Shown here: piece after piece, positions 1 through 12,360 of the stretch
Position numbering within the stretch: position 1 is the stretch's first letter
Layout: every line of letters begins with the position of its first letter
Source of the DNA: Carcharhinus amblyrhynchos
Lineage: Eukaryota
DNA length: 64,000 bases
Assembly (NCBI GenBank): GCA_965287045.1
Contig: OZ336872.1
Span: 33,728,001-33,792,000, forward strand
Direction: 5' to 3'
Notes under the pieces: model-generated
Seen by the model: the letters and a program-made list of their open reading frames with translations, nothing else
Told to the model about the DNA's origin: nothing
Databases searched by the model: none
Made by a program: the position numbers and the translations under genes

Positions 1-1167
1 ATTGCATCCGCAACACAATATGTTTTTAAATTGCCCCTGCCATAATAGTAACTGCTCTGGCATTCAGCTGGATGTGAGTTGCTTTGGAAAGTCCAGAGTT
101 GTCATACTGGTTCTTTCACCCTCATGATGCCTAACAGGGTTGAGCAACTCCACCTTCTTCACTTCATTCAGTTGTTGTTTCCTGGTATAGAAATGTCACT
201 ATTGTGATCTGGTGGTGGTGACTATGGACAAACTGCTGTGAAGTGACACAGATTGTTCTTGATTATGATGGAACTCATTGAACCATAGAATCCCTACAGT
301 GCAGAAAGAGGCCATCCGGCCCATTGAGCCTGCACCAACAAAATCCCACCCAGCTTCACTAGGGGAGAGGTTCCCTTTCTGTTGGGGTGGGGGCTAATCT
401 TGTTGGGGGGGCAAGGGGTGTGTCTGTGTTGGGTTGAGGATGAAGGGCCAGTGCCAGTGAAGTGGGACAGAGGCAGTGCCAATGATGAGGAGGAGAGAGG
501 GGTTGTGTCCATGAGGGGAGCTGATGCCTGTGATGAGGAGGGGGGTTGTGCCAGGGGGTGAGGGGGGTTTGGGTCACCCAGATGCTCACGTGGTGGAGTT
601 TGGCCCAATCTTTGCATTGTCAGAGTGGGCGGGGGGGTGCCTTAATGTTTGCAGTATTGGCAGGGGAGGAGGGGGTTCCGCTCCTACATAATGGTGGTTA
701 GCGGATGCTCCCCTTGTCTGCAGAAGCGTCTTAATCTCCCTGGGCATTTCCTGGTTCTCATGCTGGAAAGGGTGGTTCCGTTAGCTCCTGGGGAGCAGGG
801 AGGCCTTGCATTTAATTTTGAGATGAAGGGTAACCTGATTTCAGGATTCCGACATTGCCGATGTGTTTAGACCCCACCCCTCCATCTGGCTGAGTGATCC
901 TTGCCAACACTTTGAAATTGCCCAGAGTGAGTAAAGCTCTCTGTGAAGCTGCTGAGTTTCACACAGATTTTCTTGTCTCACCCAACACTCTGAACCATCT
1001 TGGGAAACTTGCACCCCACATTTGTGATTCGTTCTGCATAAGGTGGGCATGGGTTAGCATATTGGACTGATGCTTAAGACCAAGACATTAGGTGGCTGTA
1101 AGGTATACTCGACTGTGACTGCATTTCCGTTCAACGGTAAGGCTGCAGAACTTGACTCCAAAGCACT

Positions 1168-1304
1168 GGGTGGGATTTTTTGGTCTCACGCACCCCAAGA
1201 CCAGAAACTCCTGCCCGAGGTCAATGGACTTTTACATGATCCACGGAGTTTCCTGTCCCACCAACCAAGATTTCCACAATGGGTGGGACAGGAAAATTCC
1301 ACCC
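1168..1304. mobile_element. MITE with TIRs and 3-bp TSD (Harbinger-type)
   Basis: act|gggtgggatttt ... aaaattccaccc|act. Confidence 0.7.
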
Positions 1305-1369
1305 ACTGATTTTTGCACTTGGTTGGTTATCAGGAAACTGCAATGGCACTGACAGTGTAGAAGTGGTGG

Positions 1370-2200
1370 GAGCATAAATGATGTTGTTCTGAGGGAGGAC
1401 AGCAGGATCAGGCTGCACACATCCCCTGTCACTCTCCTGGCTGGTGCCTCAGCTGAAGTAATCTGCTGAAGAATAGATTGCTGGACATGCTGTGAGATCC
1501 TGAAAGCTCCTTTCAGCATTGTCATCAGCAGTCTGAGCCTGCAAGGCAACAAGTTGTGATTTCGTATCTCAGTCTGAACTTACACTGCAGCACTCCAATG
1601 TTGATTGTCCTCTGCTAGTGCTATAGTGGAAGAAGAGACAGCAGCTAGTTACCGCATTATAGTTGGCTCAGCTGGGGTTTGCTCTTAAGGGGTTGGCCAC
1701 CACTTCCATTCTGAAAAGGATGGGCTCCAAGGTCTACCCAAAGCTCTAAACCAAATTGGAGCTTGTTGTTTCCATGTTCCTTGGCATTGATAGAGAATTT
1801 CTGGTGGGTCAATGTACCAAACATTTCTGTGTGCATGGCCATCTGTCTATTTTTTTATATGTTGCCCTGCTGATGAGTTCTCTACAACCTTGTCTTGTTG
1901 AGAACTGGTGCCCACTGTATCTTTCCCCCACAACCTGGCTAAGGCCATGTGTATCCAGTGACTCAGCTCATGCAGATCTCAGTATGTGTTATCCTATAGA
2001 GTATGCACTGTGCCAGTGTATGAGCTGGCAGCTGCAATTAAGAGATTGAGTGACAATGGCCAGTCCCTCCTGCTGGCGGAATCTTCCTGTCCCATTAAAC
2101 TTCTGAATGGCAAAATTCCAACCAACGTTTCTTTTTCAATAGTTTCTTTTCCATCTGGACCTTCAGCCTCCCACACATTGGCAGGATAGGTGACTGTATT
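1370..2200 (-). mobile_element. Harbinger second-gene remnant
   Basis: MHTEMFGTL...SLSMPRNMETTSSNL..SFG..LEPIL is homologous to 23280-23620(+). Confidence 0.45.
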
Positions 2201-3577
2201 TGGGTATCTGAAAGCATAAAGGGTAGGATTGGGCTAAGGGAAAGTTGGGGAAAGCATGTGGTGCCTGGATACAGCAACTTGCAGCTGGTAAATTGTAACA
2301 GATTGCAGGGTGAGAGTTAAGTGTGAAAAGATGAATTAGGCAGGAACATACTGTTAACCTCAATGATTTGGGTCCTGTCACTGCCTCAGTGACAATAATC
2401 CTAATTATTTACATCTCTTTTGTAGGGGTGAGCACATACGGTCATGCCCACAACCCATCCCATGGTTAGTTCTGTCCTGCAAGGTAATCTGTCAAAGAAC
2501 ATGGTGTAGTGTGTTTGGGCAATGTTCCGACCACAGTTGAACAGCTAGGAACTTGCGCAAGCTGTGGGATGTGAGGGTGTGGTGCAGAATTTGGAGGTCA
2601 CAACAAGATACAGAAGTAGCAGAGAAATGGATGATAGTGCAGTAAAATCCATTTCTAATCAAAAACTGCACCAAAGCAAAATAAAGCTGATAAGCCAGTA
2701 GATCAGTGATGCCAGATCTGCCAGCTGAAAATACGATTTAAGGTGTGAGTTTTGACAAAAAGTAATCAGCTTTAAACTTAACGCTGTTACCAGCTTCGGA
2801 TAATAACTGATCAACTGAGAATCTCGAGCATTTTCTGCTTTTATTTCAGAATTCTTTGCGTATGCTTTAATTTGCTTTTGAATATGGATTTAAATGTGCT
2901 CAGTGGGTGGACAGTGGTGAAACCAGGTATAAGCACCTTCAGGGAGGGCACAATGAACTTGTAGTTAGGCCAAAATGCAGCCATTATTAATAGAAAAGTA
3001 ACTAAGAATAAAGAGACGGTGGAAGAAAGGCAACTGGGCTGAAGGGGCAAAGAATCAATTAAGACAGTGATAGTGCAAGGATGAGAGGACACATATTTAG
3101 GGTTTTGGGCAAGACATCAGGCGAAATATGGGGAGCAACCTTTCTTTACACAGTGGTAATAACCTGCAACTCGATGCTTAAGAGGATGGTAGAAGCAGAG
3201 ATGATTAATGATTTCAAAAGCAAGTTGGATGGGCTCTTGCGGAAATTTTGATCCTGTTGACATTTAAAGAGAAATTCAGAAGGCTAATTTTAACCAATAG
3301 ATCTACAATACAAGATTTCACATTTTTAACAAAAACATACTTTATTGTTTTAAAAAACTTAAAAGTTCTTATTTTATTAAATAATATGATTTATAATTAC
3401 GTGTGCAATGCACACAATTTTACTTTTACTTCTTTTAAGAATTTTCTTATACTTTGAGATCTAATCATTATTTACTCCTGTTGAGACCACCCGACTGTAT
3501 GCCAGAGACTTCAAGAAATTACTTTAATTCTCCTCAGTTTCAGCTATTCTCCAAGATAAGATTCTTTGTTTAATGTT

Positions 3578-4535
3578 TTCATTCATTTACAGGATATCAG
3601 CTTTGCTGGCTAGGCCAGCATTTATTATACATTCCTAATTGTCCTTCAGAATATGGTGGCAAACTACCTGATTGAACCACTGTAGTCCCTGAGGTGTAGG
3701 TACAACCACAGTGCTGTTAGGGAAGGATTTTGATCCAGTGATGGTGAAGGAATGACGATATATTTCCAAGTCAGGATGGTGAGTGATTTGAAGAGGAACT
3801 TCCAGGAGGTGGTGTTCCCATGTATCTGCTGTCCTTGTCCTTCTAGAGATTAACGGTTGTAGTTTGGAAGGTGCTGTGTAAGGAACCTTGCTGAGTTCCT
3901 GCAGTACAAATTGTTGATAATATATACTGCTGCTACTGTGTGGCTGTGGTGGACAGAATGAATGTTTGTGGAAAGGATGCCAACACATCAAGCTGCTTTA
4001 CCCTGCATGGTGTAGAGCTTCTTGAATGTTGTTGGACCTACACTCACCCAGGCCAGGGCGAGTATTCCATCACATTTCTGACTTGTGCATTGTAGATGGT
4101 GGACAGGTTTTGGAGAGTCAGGAGGTGAGTTACTCACCGTGACCTGCTCTTGTAGCCACATATTTATATGGCTGGTTCAGTTCAATTGCTAGTCAATGGT
4201 AACCCCCAGGTTGTTGTTAGTGGGGGAATCAGCAATGATAATGTCATTGAATGTCAAGGGGTGATGGTTAGATTTTCTCTTGTTGGAAATGGTCATCAGC
4301 TGGCACTTATGTGGCACGAACATTACTTGCCACTTGTCAGCTAAAGCCGGATATTATCCAGGTCTTGCTGGATTTGGACATGGAATTCCTCAGTATCTGA
4401 GGAAGTTGTGAATGGTGCTGAACATTATGCAATCATCAGCGAACATCTCCACTACAGAATTTATGACGGAATGAAGGTCATTGATGAAGGAATAGCAGAT
4501 GGTTTGGCCTAGGACACTACCCTGAGGAACTCTTG
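3578..4535 (-). mobile_element. CR1/L2-clade LINE 3' fragment (RT remnant)
   Basis: ORF 4390..4572 VPQGSVLG..FINDL..MFADDC. The 3' end ..aataaatgctggcctagccagc..atgaatgaa is shared with copies at 31235, 47055 and with SINE tails. Confidence 0.85.
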
Positions 4536-4963
4536 ACTTTACATGCCTATCCCTTGTTCTGGTTGCCTCCATAATGTTTCTCAGCTAATTCAGTTGCTAG
4601 CTTTTTTTGCCACCACAATCTGTGAGGATTTCTTCTACTGATTGTGAACTAGGATAAATCTTCAGCTGCTTTTCCTTGAAAAAACCTGTTCTGAGATTAA
4701 CTCCCCCACCCGAATTCCACATGGAATGAAGAAGTTAAGATTTTCTCGGCTTAACTCCTGGCTTGACTTATCGGCTTTAGCTCTTTTCTCTTGGTGAGCT
4801 GCAGACTGCTAGAACCCAAACTGCAACTAAACTACCTTTGGAGCAAACACTGAAATAAAACTAAAGAACGTCCCATCTCCCACTGCTTATGTTGTGTTCT
4901 AAAACATACAAATTGTGACCTACATATTCTTGGTAAGGATAAATTTGTAGGGCTGTAGGAATA

Positions 4964-5230
4964 GGGGGTGGCATGATGGCACAGTGGTTAGCACTGCTGC
5001 CTCCCAGTGCCAGGGACCCGGATTCGATTCCCGACTTGGGCCATTGTCTGTGCGAAGTTTGCATGTTCTCCCTGTGTCTGCGTGGATTTTCTCTGGGTGC
5101 TCTGGTTTCCTCTCACAGTCCAAAAGACATGCTGGTTAGGTGCACTGACCCGAACAGGCACCAGACTGTGGCGACTAGGGGAATTTCGCAATAACTTCAT
5201 TGCAGTGTTAATGTAAGCCTTACTTGTGAC
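4964..5230 (+). mobile_element. V-SINE (HE1-like head/body, non-CR1 tail); sister copies 20058-20323(+) and 59325-59610(-)
   Basis: A-box TGGCACAGTGG, B-box-like GATTCGATTCC, V-domain tgtctgcgtgga..ctggtttcctc.cacagtcc, tail gtaagccttacttgtgactaataaataaac. Confidence 0.88.
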
Positions 5231-8200
5231 TAATAAATAAACTTTACTTTAGATCAGGACAATGGGATTGATTGGCTTGCTTTACAGAGAGCTGGCATTA
5301 AGTCAGTGGACCAAGTTATCTCATTCTGTGTGTAATGAATTTAAGACTGGAGATCCAAAACAAAGAAGCACATCAGCTCCAGAGTCATGTAACCTGTCAC
5401 AAATAGCATTAAAAATTCTGATTGCTAAGTAGTCACAATAAATAGTAGATAACATGCTCATGTATTCACATCCAAAGCAATTTGCAACTAGTTTTCTAGT
5501 TTAAAGCTACTTTTACCTCTTTTGGATTCCAACATGAAAAGGTTAAAAATTGTGTGAAACAAAGGTACAGTTGCACATCCGATGACATCACCACGTAATG
5601 AAGGTATGTGTCTGTCACATGCACTTGCAAAGTATATTTCCAGTTTAGTGTCAAGGATCACTCTGATGTTACAAAAAACAGGTGTTATAAAATGATTGTT
5701 CTTACCTAATTTAGAAACAGGCAGCCCAAAGGCAGATTGCCAATCTATTGCAAAAATCGTGCACATATTTAAATTAAGGTTTTTCTGATTCATTTGGAAT
5801 CTGTAGATATTTTGCATGTTTCATTCCAGAATTCTAGGATAAACTAGGTAATATAGCATGTTCAGGAATTTTCAACCCCTCGATTTTAAAAAATACATTG
5901 GAAAATAAGTCTCTTACTCTACTTACATTTCCTGACAGTATTGTCTTGAGATTTTGCATATTAACTCTAACTCAACATTTTATTTGACACATACTGAACT
6001 CTGTGCCATGTTCCAGTGTGCTCATTTGCAGTCTCCATTAACATTCAGAACAGATCAAATTCATAGCAATTTTTTTGAGTTATTAATTGATTTGTAATAT
6101 GGTGTCTTGCATAATCACTTAATTTGTGTCTACAGACCATTATTTTTCCCCATCACTTATTTCTTAATGCAGGTAATCTTGTATTTTTACTTCCAAAGAA
6201 AAGTTATTGACAGTGAGACACCATCTTTCAGTCTGGATCAATTTGACCTTTTGTCATAATTTCTGAACAAGTGCTGGTGCAGTGGAGAGCTTTCATTGTT
6301 CATTGTAATTTCCAGCCAGGAAGATTTATAAGTGGGAAGTGACAAGTACATGGCATCAATAGTCTTCCCGCAGAGAAATACTGAAGATTAAACCACTTAA
6401 CACAAGGGAGGAAAAACATCTTGCTGTGATTTCTTTTACAGTTTGAATTAGCAAAAGAGCAAAAGACAGAAGTGAACAATCATATCTTATTAGTTAAGGT
6501 TATATGTAGGAAATGGCAGTGATTATGCTAATTGCTTACAACAATCTGAAACCAGCACTGATAGTATTGGAGAAAGCTTTCATCTTTTATTAAAAACTGA
6601 ACAACCAGTTCTTACTCATGAAATAATTTAAGAAAATCTTTACTGTTTGTTTATCAATCTTTTTATTGGAGAATTAGCTGGAAGAAGTGTCTGTGCTCAA
6701 CAGAAAAAGGAGAGTGGTAGGTTGGATGTTTCCCTGCCTCTGCGTTTCCATCTACAACCTAATGTAAGTCTTGTGCATGAAGATTCATGGACACCATTCA
6801 TGCCTTGCTGCCAATTTATACCCTAAATTAAATACTAATGGCCACTTAAAGGTCACATCCTGCTATGACTGGCATTAACTCAGTGGTGGGTGCGTGGGTG
6901 GGGCAGGGAGGCCATGTAAGGAGCATGACTAACAAATTAGTGCAAGGTTGCTTGCAGGCTCCCAGGTGGGGGTTGGGGGGCGTGGGGGGGTCCCTCAGTG
7001 TCTGATTGACAAACATGGCATGGGAAAGTGGGAGGGGCCCTGCTGAGAGCCACCCCACCACTGTTGTTGTTGACCCCTGTCCCCTGCCCTTGCTGCCAAT
7101 CCCCCTCCCGACCCCCTGCAGCTCATCATTCGCCCACATCCTGGGATTTAGCAATAATATTAGGGTATCATACACTCAGCAACCACTGATTCCCCACTGG
7201 CGCAGCCGCTCAATAGAGTTGCTGATCTCTGATTTGCTGGGAACTCTTGGTGGACAGGACTTCCACCCCTAGGATCCTTGAACTCGAAGAAGTGCCCAGT
7301 TAAGTGCCCGAGAGGCACATAATCCAGTGGGCCTTCCTGAAAGGAAATGACTCAAGGCTTTCACTGGCTCCCCAGCCAGCAGCCAAGTGGCTTGTCACCT
7401 CCATTACATACTGTCCCATGTGTCCAAACACCCACACGTGTCACTTGGGATTTCTAACAGTTTTTGTGTTCAAGCTTCACTACACAGCAGGTACTTTTAA
7501 GTACTTTCCTGTCATGAAACTATAAAAATCCCTGACCTAATTACCTTGTGAATGGCATGTTCACCTTCACCAAGGCAGCTACTTCTCTCCAAAATGTTCA
7601 GTCAGTCTATAAAGATTGAACATTTATATTTCATAATATGTTCCTCCTTAAATGACATTGGCAACTTGAATTCTGAGTGTTTTGAAGCTACTTTTTTTTT
7701 TGAAGCATTGCTTAAGTGGTATTACTGCTAGGATCATGGACACAAGATTATCATTACAGAGTCTTAAAAATGCTCTGCCAGGTTTTGTCTTTACTCCATT
7801 ATGTTGCTTCACTCTTCAGATCTAATTAGTCCAACACAGAACATTGAGAAATGTTTATGTCGCTGATTTGCAGATTTGTAGGAAATAATGGGGCCAATTT
7901 CTGTCTCCCAAATGCCTTTTTTTTGGCACAAATGAGATAGTGACATTGCTAAAAGTGGGAGATAAAATTGCCAACGTTCAGCCAGAGGTCGGTCTATGGC
8001 AATTTTCAAGTGGGCCTTGATTTAAACAGGTAGTTCTCCCTTAGAAACAGGTGCGCACTTAGTGATTGTATGTAAATTACGATCAATATCACAATCAGCA
8101 CCAAGAGAGATTTTAAGGAGGAACTCACTTACTTACATTTTAACAATGTCAACACTTGACAGTTGGTTGCTTGTCTTTTTTGGTTGTTTTTGGGGTATGA

Positions 8201-8766
8201 AATTTCTGATCTTTGCTTCAACATTCAAAAAGTGCAGTGGTGTAGCTGGAGTACTTTTACTCCTTAAAAATTTAACCGTTTCAACCATTCCACTCTGGGA
8301 TAGTGGAAGAGGAGCAGCAGCAACTGCAGAGAGAACACGGAAGTCAGAGATGCTCATTGGAAATCTTACCCTCCCTAAACCTATAGGGTATGTAGGTCAG
8401 AGTTACATGCTTGTTCTTTTTAGAGGAGTGCTGCAGAAGGATTCTGTTCTTCCACGGGGAGCCTGTCCCAGACCAGTCCTCTTGCCACCTCCTTCAACAA
8501 GACCAGCAACTTATTACCACAGCTGGCACTGCTTGCCTAATTCAAACAAGGTTTGCATAGAGCCTCAACTTTTTTACTTCTGGCTTGTGGCAGACTCCAT
8601 CGTGGATATCAGCAGCATCAGTCAATCTGAAGTTAATGCCTGCATTACGTAGGTGATTTATGCCAATTTCATCATATTCCATCTAGAAATCTGAAGACAG
8701 CAAGATTGAACATTGGGATTTACACAAACTCCAGTTTTTTTAGCCAAGTGTACTGTGTCATTGACT

Positions 8767-8945
8767 AGGTAAGAAGTCTCTCAACACCAGGTTAAAGTCC
8801 AACAGGTTTATTTGGTAGCACAAGCCACTAGCTTTCGGAGCTCTGCTCCCTCATCAGGTAAGTGGGATTTCAGTTCACAAACAGGGCATATAAAGACACA
8901 AACTCAATTTACAAAATAATGGTTGGAAATTCTAATGGTTGGATG
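8767..8945 (-). mobile_element. Penelope-like element terminal fragment
   Basis: aagaagtctctcaacaccaggttaaagtccaacaggtttatttggtagcacaagccactagctttcggagc resembles the abundant shark Penelope-type repeat end and carries a PLE-type hammerhead motif. Confidence 0.65.
8825..8861 (-). ncRNA. Minimal type I hammerhead ribozyme motif (Penelope-associated)
   Basis: Minus strand tac-CTGATGA-g-GGAGC-aga-GCTCC-GAAA-gc-TA-gtg. Complete catalytic core, perfect 5-bp helix II, palindromic AGCU helix III, 3-bp helix I (tac/gtg). Confidence 0.7.
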
Positions 8946-10599
8946 CAAAGGCTTTTAATATGCAAATTAAGTTGTTGAACTGCAGAAAGATGTTGCAAAG
9001 CCGTTGCCTGACTGTGTCTAAAATGTCGGAACTTGTTATCTCAGATATCAGCTCACTGAGGAATTGTATTTCTAGGGTGATGGAATAGGGTGCATTTGTT
9101 TCTGATCCTGGGAGGTGTCAGTGCCATCTGAACTTGCTTTTGACTTGTTACAAGTGTGGTTTGGCTTAAGGTGTAATGATTTCCCCAGTTCAATTACTGT
9201 AGAGGTGGGTTGATCTCCCATGTCTTTTGGGACACCCCTCCTTACAGGTGGCTGGCTAGCTTCTGCTGCCCTGCCATATGGCACTTCAACTGGATGAGCC
9301 ATCTCCCTGATTATCTGTTTGTCTGCTTTAGAACTTCCCTGGTTTCTGTTTAACTCCGAGAAGGAACTGTCTGCCAACCAGATTTTGGGGTCACTCATTC
9401 AAGCCTTTTTAAATTCCATGGATCCTTCCTTCATCTTTTTTTTACTTCCACTGGTCTGTTTCTGACCTCTTTTGACTCACATGGTTTCTCCTGAGCCCCT
9501 TCAACTCTCACACGTTTCACCACCCATACTGCCTCCCCTCAGGGCTTATTTTAGTTTTCTGCCAAATTCTGCAGTTTTTCTTCAGCCTCTGCATTTCTTT
9601 TTGAACTGCCCTTGAACATTTGGAGGTTACACCATCCAGATCATCTCACAATAAAATGTTGACCACATGAGTAAGGTTGAGATTACATCCACCATTTCAG
9701 CCCCTTAACAAGTCTACTCTGTTAAGTGACTTATTTTACAGATTGTACATCAGTACATTCTCCAGTGAGTCTTTCAACTTGACTAAGTACACTGCAATTT
9801 GTTCTGCATCTGCAGAAGAAATCTTCAATTTTCCCCATCAGCAGTGTCTGTGAGCACCTTGTATCTTGGAGAATGCTAATTTCCTTTTCCAGTTTCTCGG
9901 AAACATTAAGAACCATTTTGCTCTCGAATATGAAATCTCTAAGGATATCTACACCGTCTGCTGTGTTTGCTTTCATGACTCTAGACATGGACTGTGTCAT
10001 AATGTTCCTTGTGATTCTCTGGGTATAGCAGCTGTTCTCCTTGACACACCCTGACTGGCCATATTGAAATCAAACTGGACATGGCCTTGCTGGTTTGTTT
10101 TCCAAACCCCTTTTAAAAGTTAAAAATTGGTTTGTCCTGTTTTCCCTACTCTCCTTTTCATTTGTGACCTACTTCCACCCTTTCCATCTCTCCCTTATCC
10201 TTTCCTTGCTGATATGAACTACCTGACATAAGTCCGTTGTAGGCCAACAGTTTGACAGTCAGTTCATGGTGCTGAGCCATAACTGCGATGACCCTTGCTG
10301 AGGTTACCTTCTGCTCCTTGAGGTGTATTGTTATATTGTAGTGAAGGCAAGTTTTAAATTCGTCCCGCTCCAAAGGGGTACCCTGGCTATCCATATGAAT
10401 TCACCAAGTTCAGACCAGCTCTTACCTGGTCCTATCTGCACATGTTGAGTTTCACATTCTTGGCCTTCAAAAATCCTATTTCAACAGAGGCAGTTAATAA
10501 CTTAAATGGCCAACTGCCTCCATAAATCATACCTATGTGAACCCCAGCCTGACTCCAATCCAACTAGTGCAAAAATAAGAAATGCTGCGTTCAGAATTT

Positions 10600-12360
10600 G
10601 CAGAGTCATCCACCATTTTCACTACGACACTAGGGTGGAAATCTTGGCCACAGTTCAGTTCGAGTTCACGGTCTGCAAAAGACTGTGGTTCTCAAGCTGC
10701 ATTGGTTGCCTGGACATGTTGACTGTCTTTCACTACAACCCAGCAGGACTTTTCTCTGTGACGGTGGTTTCCTCTATGCGACACCACATTTTTCTAAGGG
10801 AAATGGAAGCACCACTGAATGAGGACCTTGGTCATTTTTAAAGAGACCTGGTTGCATAAAGGATGACAAAGGAGAAAACTCCAACACCTGCTGTATCCAG
10901 AACTCATTGAAGACTACATCAGCGGAACAATCCCTGCTTATCTCTGTTAAGTCTTGTCCATCATCACCCATCCTTCGATAAACCATATCCGCCAATGTCC
11001 ATACTGGTGTCAGTTAGCATTACGGGCCCAAAAGCTATTACAGAAGCAGTCTTCAAACAAAGATTTCAAATAGATTTATCTTTTTTCTGCCTTACAGAAA
11101 AACCTACATTCTATCACCCAAGTGTGAGAAGTACCTTTCTTAAGTGATCTCTTATCTACACTACTGTTTGACTGAAGTACTCCCCAGTGAGGGGGAGTGG
11201 GTAGTGAAGACGTGAAAGGCTGCTGTTACTCAGATGGTGCTCATAACTGTTTATGTTTGGAAATCTTTGGAGCTCAAGGCATGATAGGACCTTGGCAGGT
11301 TGCAAGAAATTGGTACCTGCCCAGTAAGTCTGACTTAGCTGGCTTTCTAACATTGGAGAAATCATTGGTTGAAGGGATGGCAAGAATGCAGACCCACTGT
11401 CATCCTGTAGAGAGCAGCATTTTCCAATTCCCTTGCACAACAATGTCCCTTATGATGGATTGCGATTCACTAGTCCCACTAGTCAGCAAGGGAGTTGACT
11501 GTAAGAGATCCATGATCTGGCAAAGTTCCTATCCATTCAGTCACACAGCCTGTTGAGAGCAGAAGGGATGGTGAAGTCAGAAGCATCCCAAAGAGACAAT
11601 TCTTCTGGTGCTACTAACTTCTGCAAGGAGTGCGCAGCTGCAGCACTCACTGAGGTGACCCAACATGCCATGATTGACTGTGATATGGCAGTAGATGTAC
11701 CAGAGCTCCACACAAGTTGGAAACAGAGCGCTCCACCATCTGCAAAATATTGTCAAACTCCTTGGCAGACCGTCAGATGTATTCAGAAAATGCTGGTGAA
11801 CATAAAACATTTTTCTTTTAAAGGCAGGAAATCTGCATTTCTGTTCTCAAGTGATAAAGGTGCAAGCTTATTCCAGGATGGGTCATTTCATATGGACAGT
11901 CTCCAAAGTATAGGAGATAATAAAAGTCAGACTTTGAGTAAATCAGAGGGGCCAGTGAGTGGTGTGAAGGGTGGGTTTGATAGTCTGATGGGTGAAGGCT
12001 AAAGAGGTGGGCACAGCTGCCCATCTGGTGGGCACAGGTGACTTCCAAATGAAGTACTTCTCCCTCCCCTCTTACCCACCACTACTTTGCCCAGTAAAAG
12101 CTGCTGAGCTACCCATCTGGTGTGGGCCTCCATTAGCATGGATAAAATAGCTGAGGGGTGGAATGAAGCATTAAGTGGTCATTTATTGATCACTTAATGC
12201 CTCAATAGGCACAAGGGTGGATCAATTACTTGACATCTCTCCCACCCTCCCCATATAATAGGAGACAGGTTCAGACAGGTGAGTGGGTGGGCAGGCCACA
12301 TGCTGCATTTTAGGAGCTCCCTCCCCTTTCAAACTGGCTGGCAGGGATCACAATGTTCCA
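10600..12360. mobile_element. Harbinger element remnant: transposase C-terminus (+) convergent with second gene (-)
   Basis: Plus frame HYDTRVEILATV..CLDMLTVFHYNPAGLFSVTVVSSMRHHIFLR resembles HARBI1 H..TR..IE.T.G..CLD.....L.Y.P......V...C.LHN. Minus frame HQHFLNTSDGLPRSL..ERSVSNL matches the second-gene motif seen at 23284. Confidence 0.5.

Larger units (their letters stand above)
8130..10400 (-). pseudogene. Decayed coding sequence of unknown origin, interrupted by the Penelope fragment
   Basis: Four same-strand ORF pieces (10158-10394, 9731-10000, 9072-9398, 8133-8357) with protein-like linking frames broken mainly by single stops and frameshifts. Confidence 0.4.

Noticed and set aside
4964-5040. 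tRNA gene-like A/B boxes
   Set aside because: These are SINE heads followed by SINE body and tail, not a complete cloverleaf.
8062-8652. 196-aa plus-strand ORF as a PTPRG exon or nested gene
   Set aside because: No PTPRG similarity or convincing splice sites. More likely the antisense shadow of the decayed minus-strand frame.
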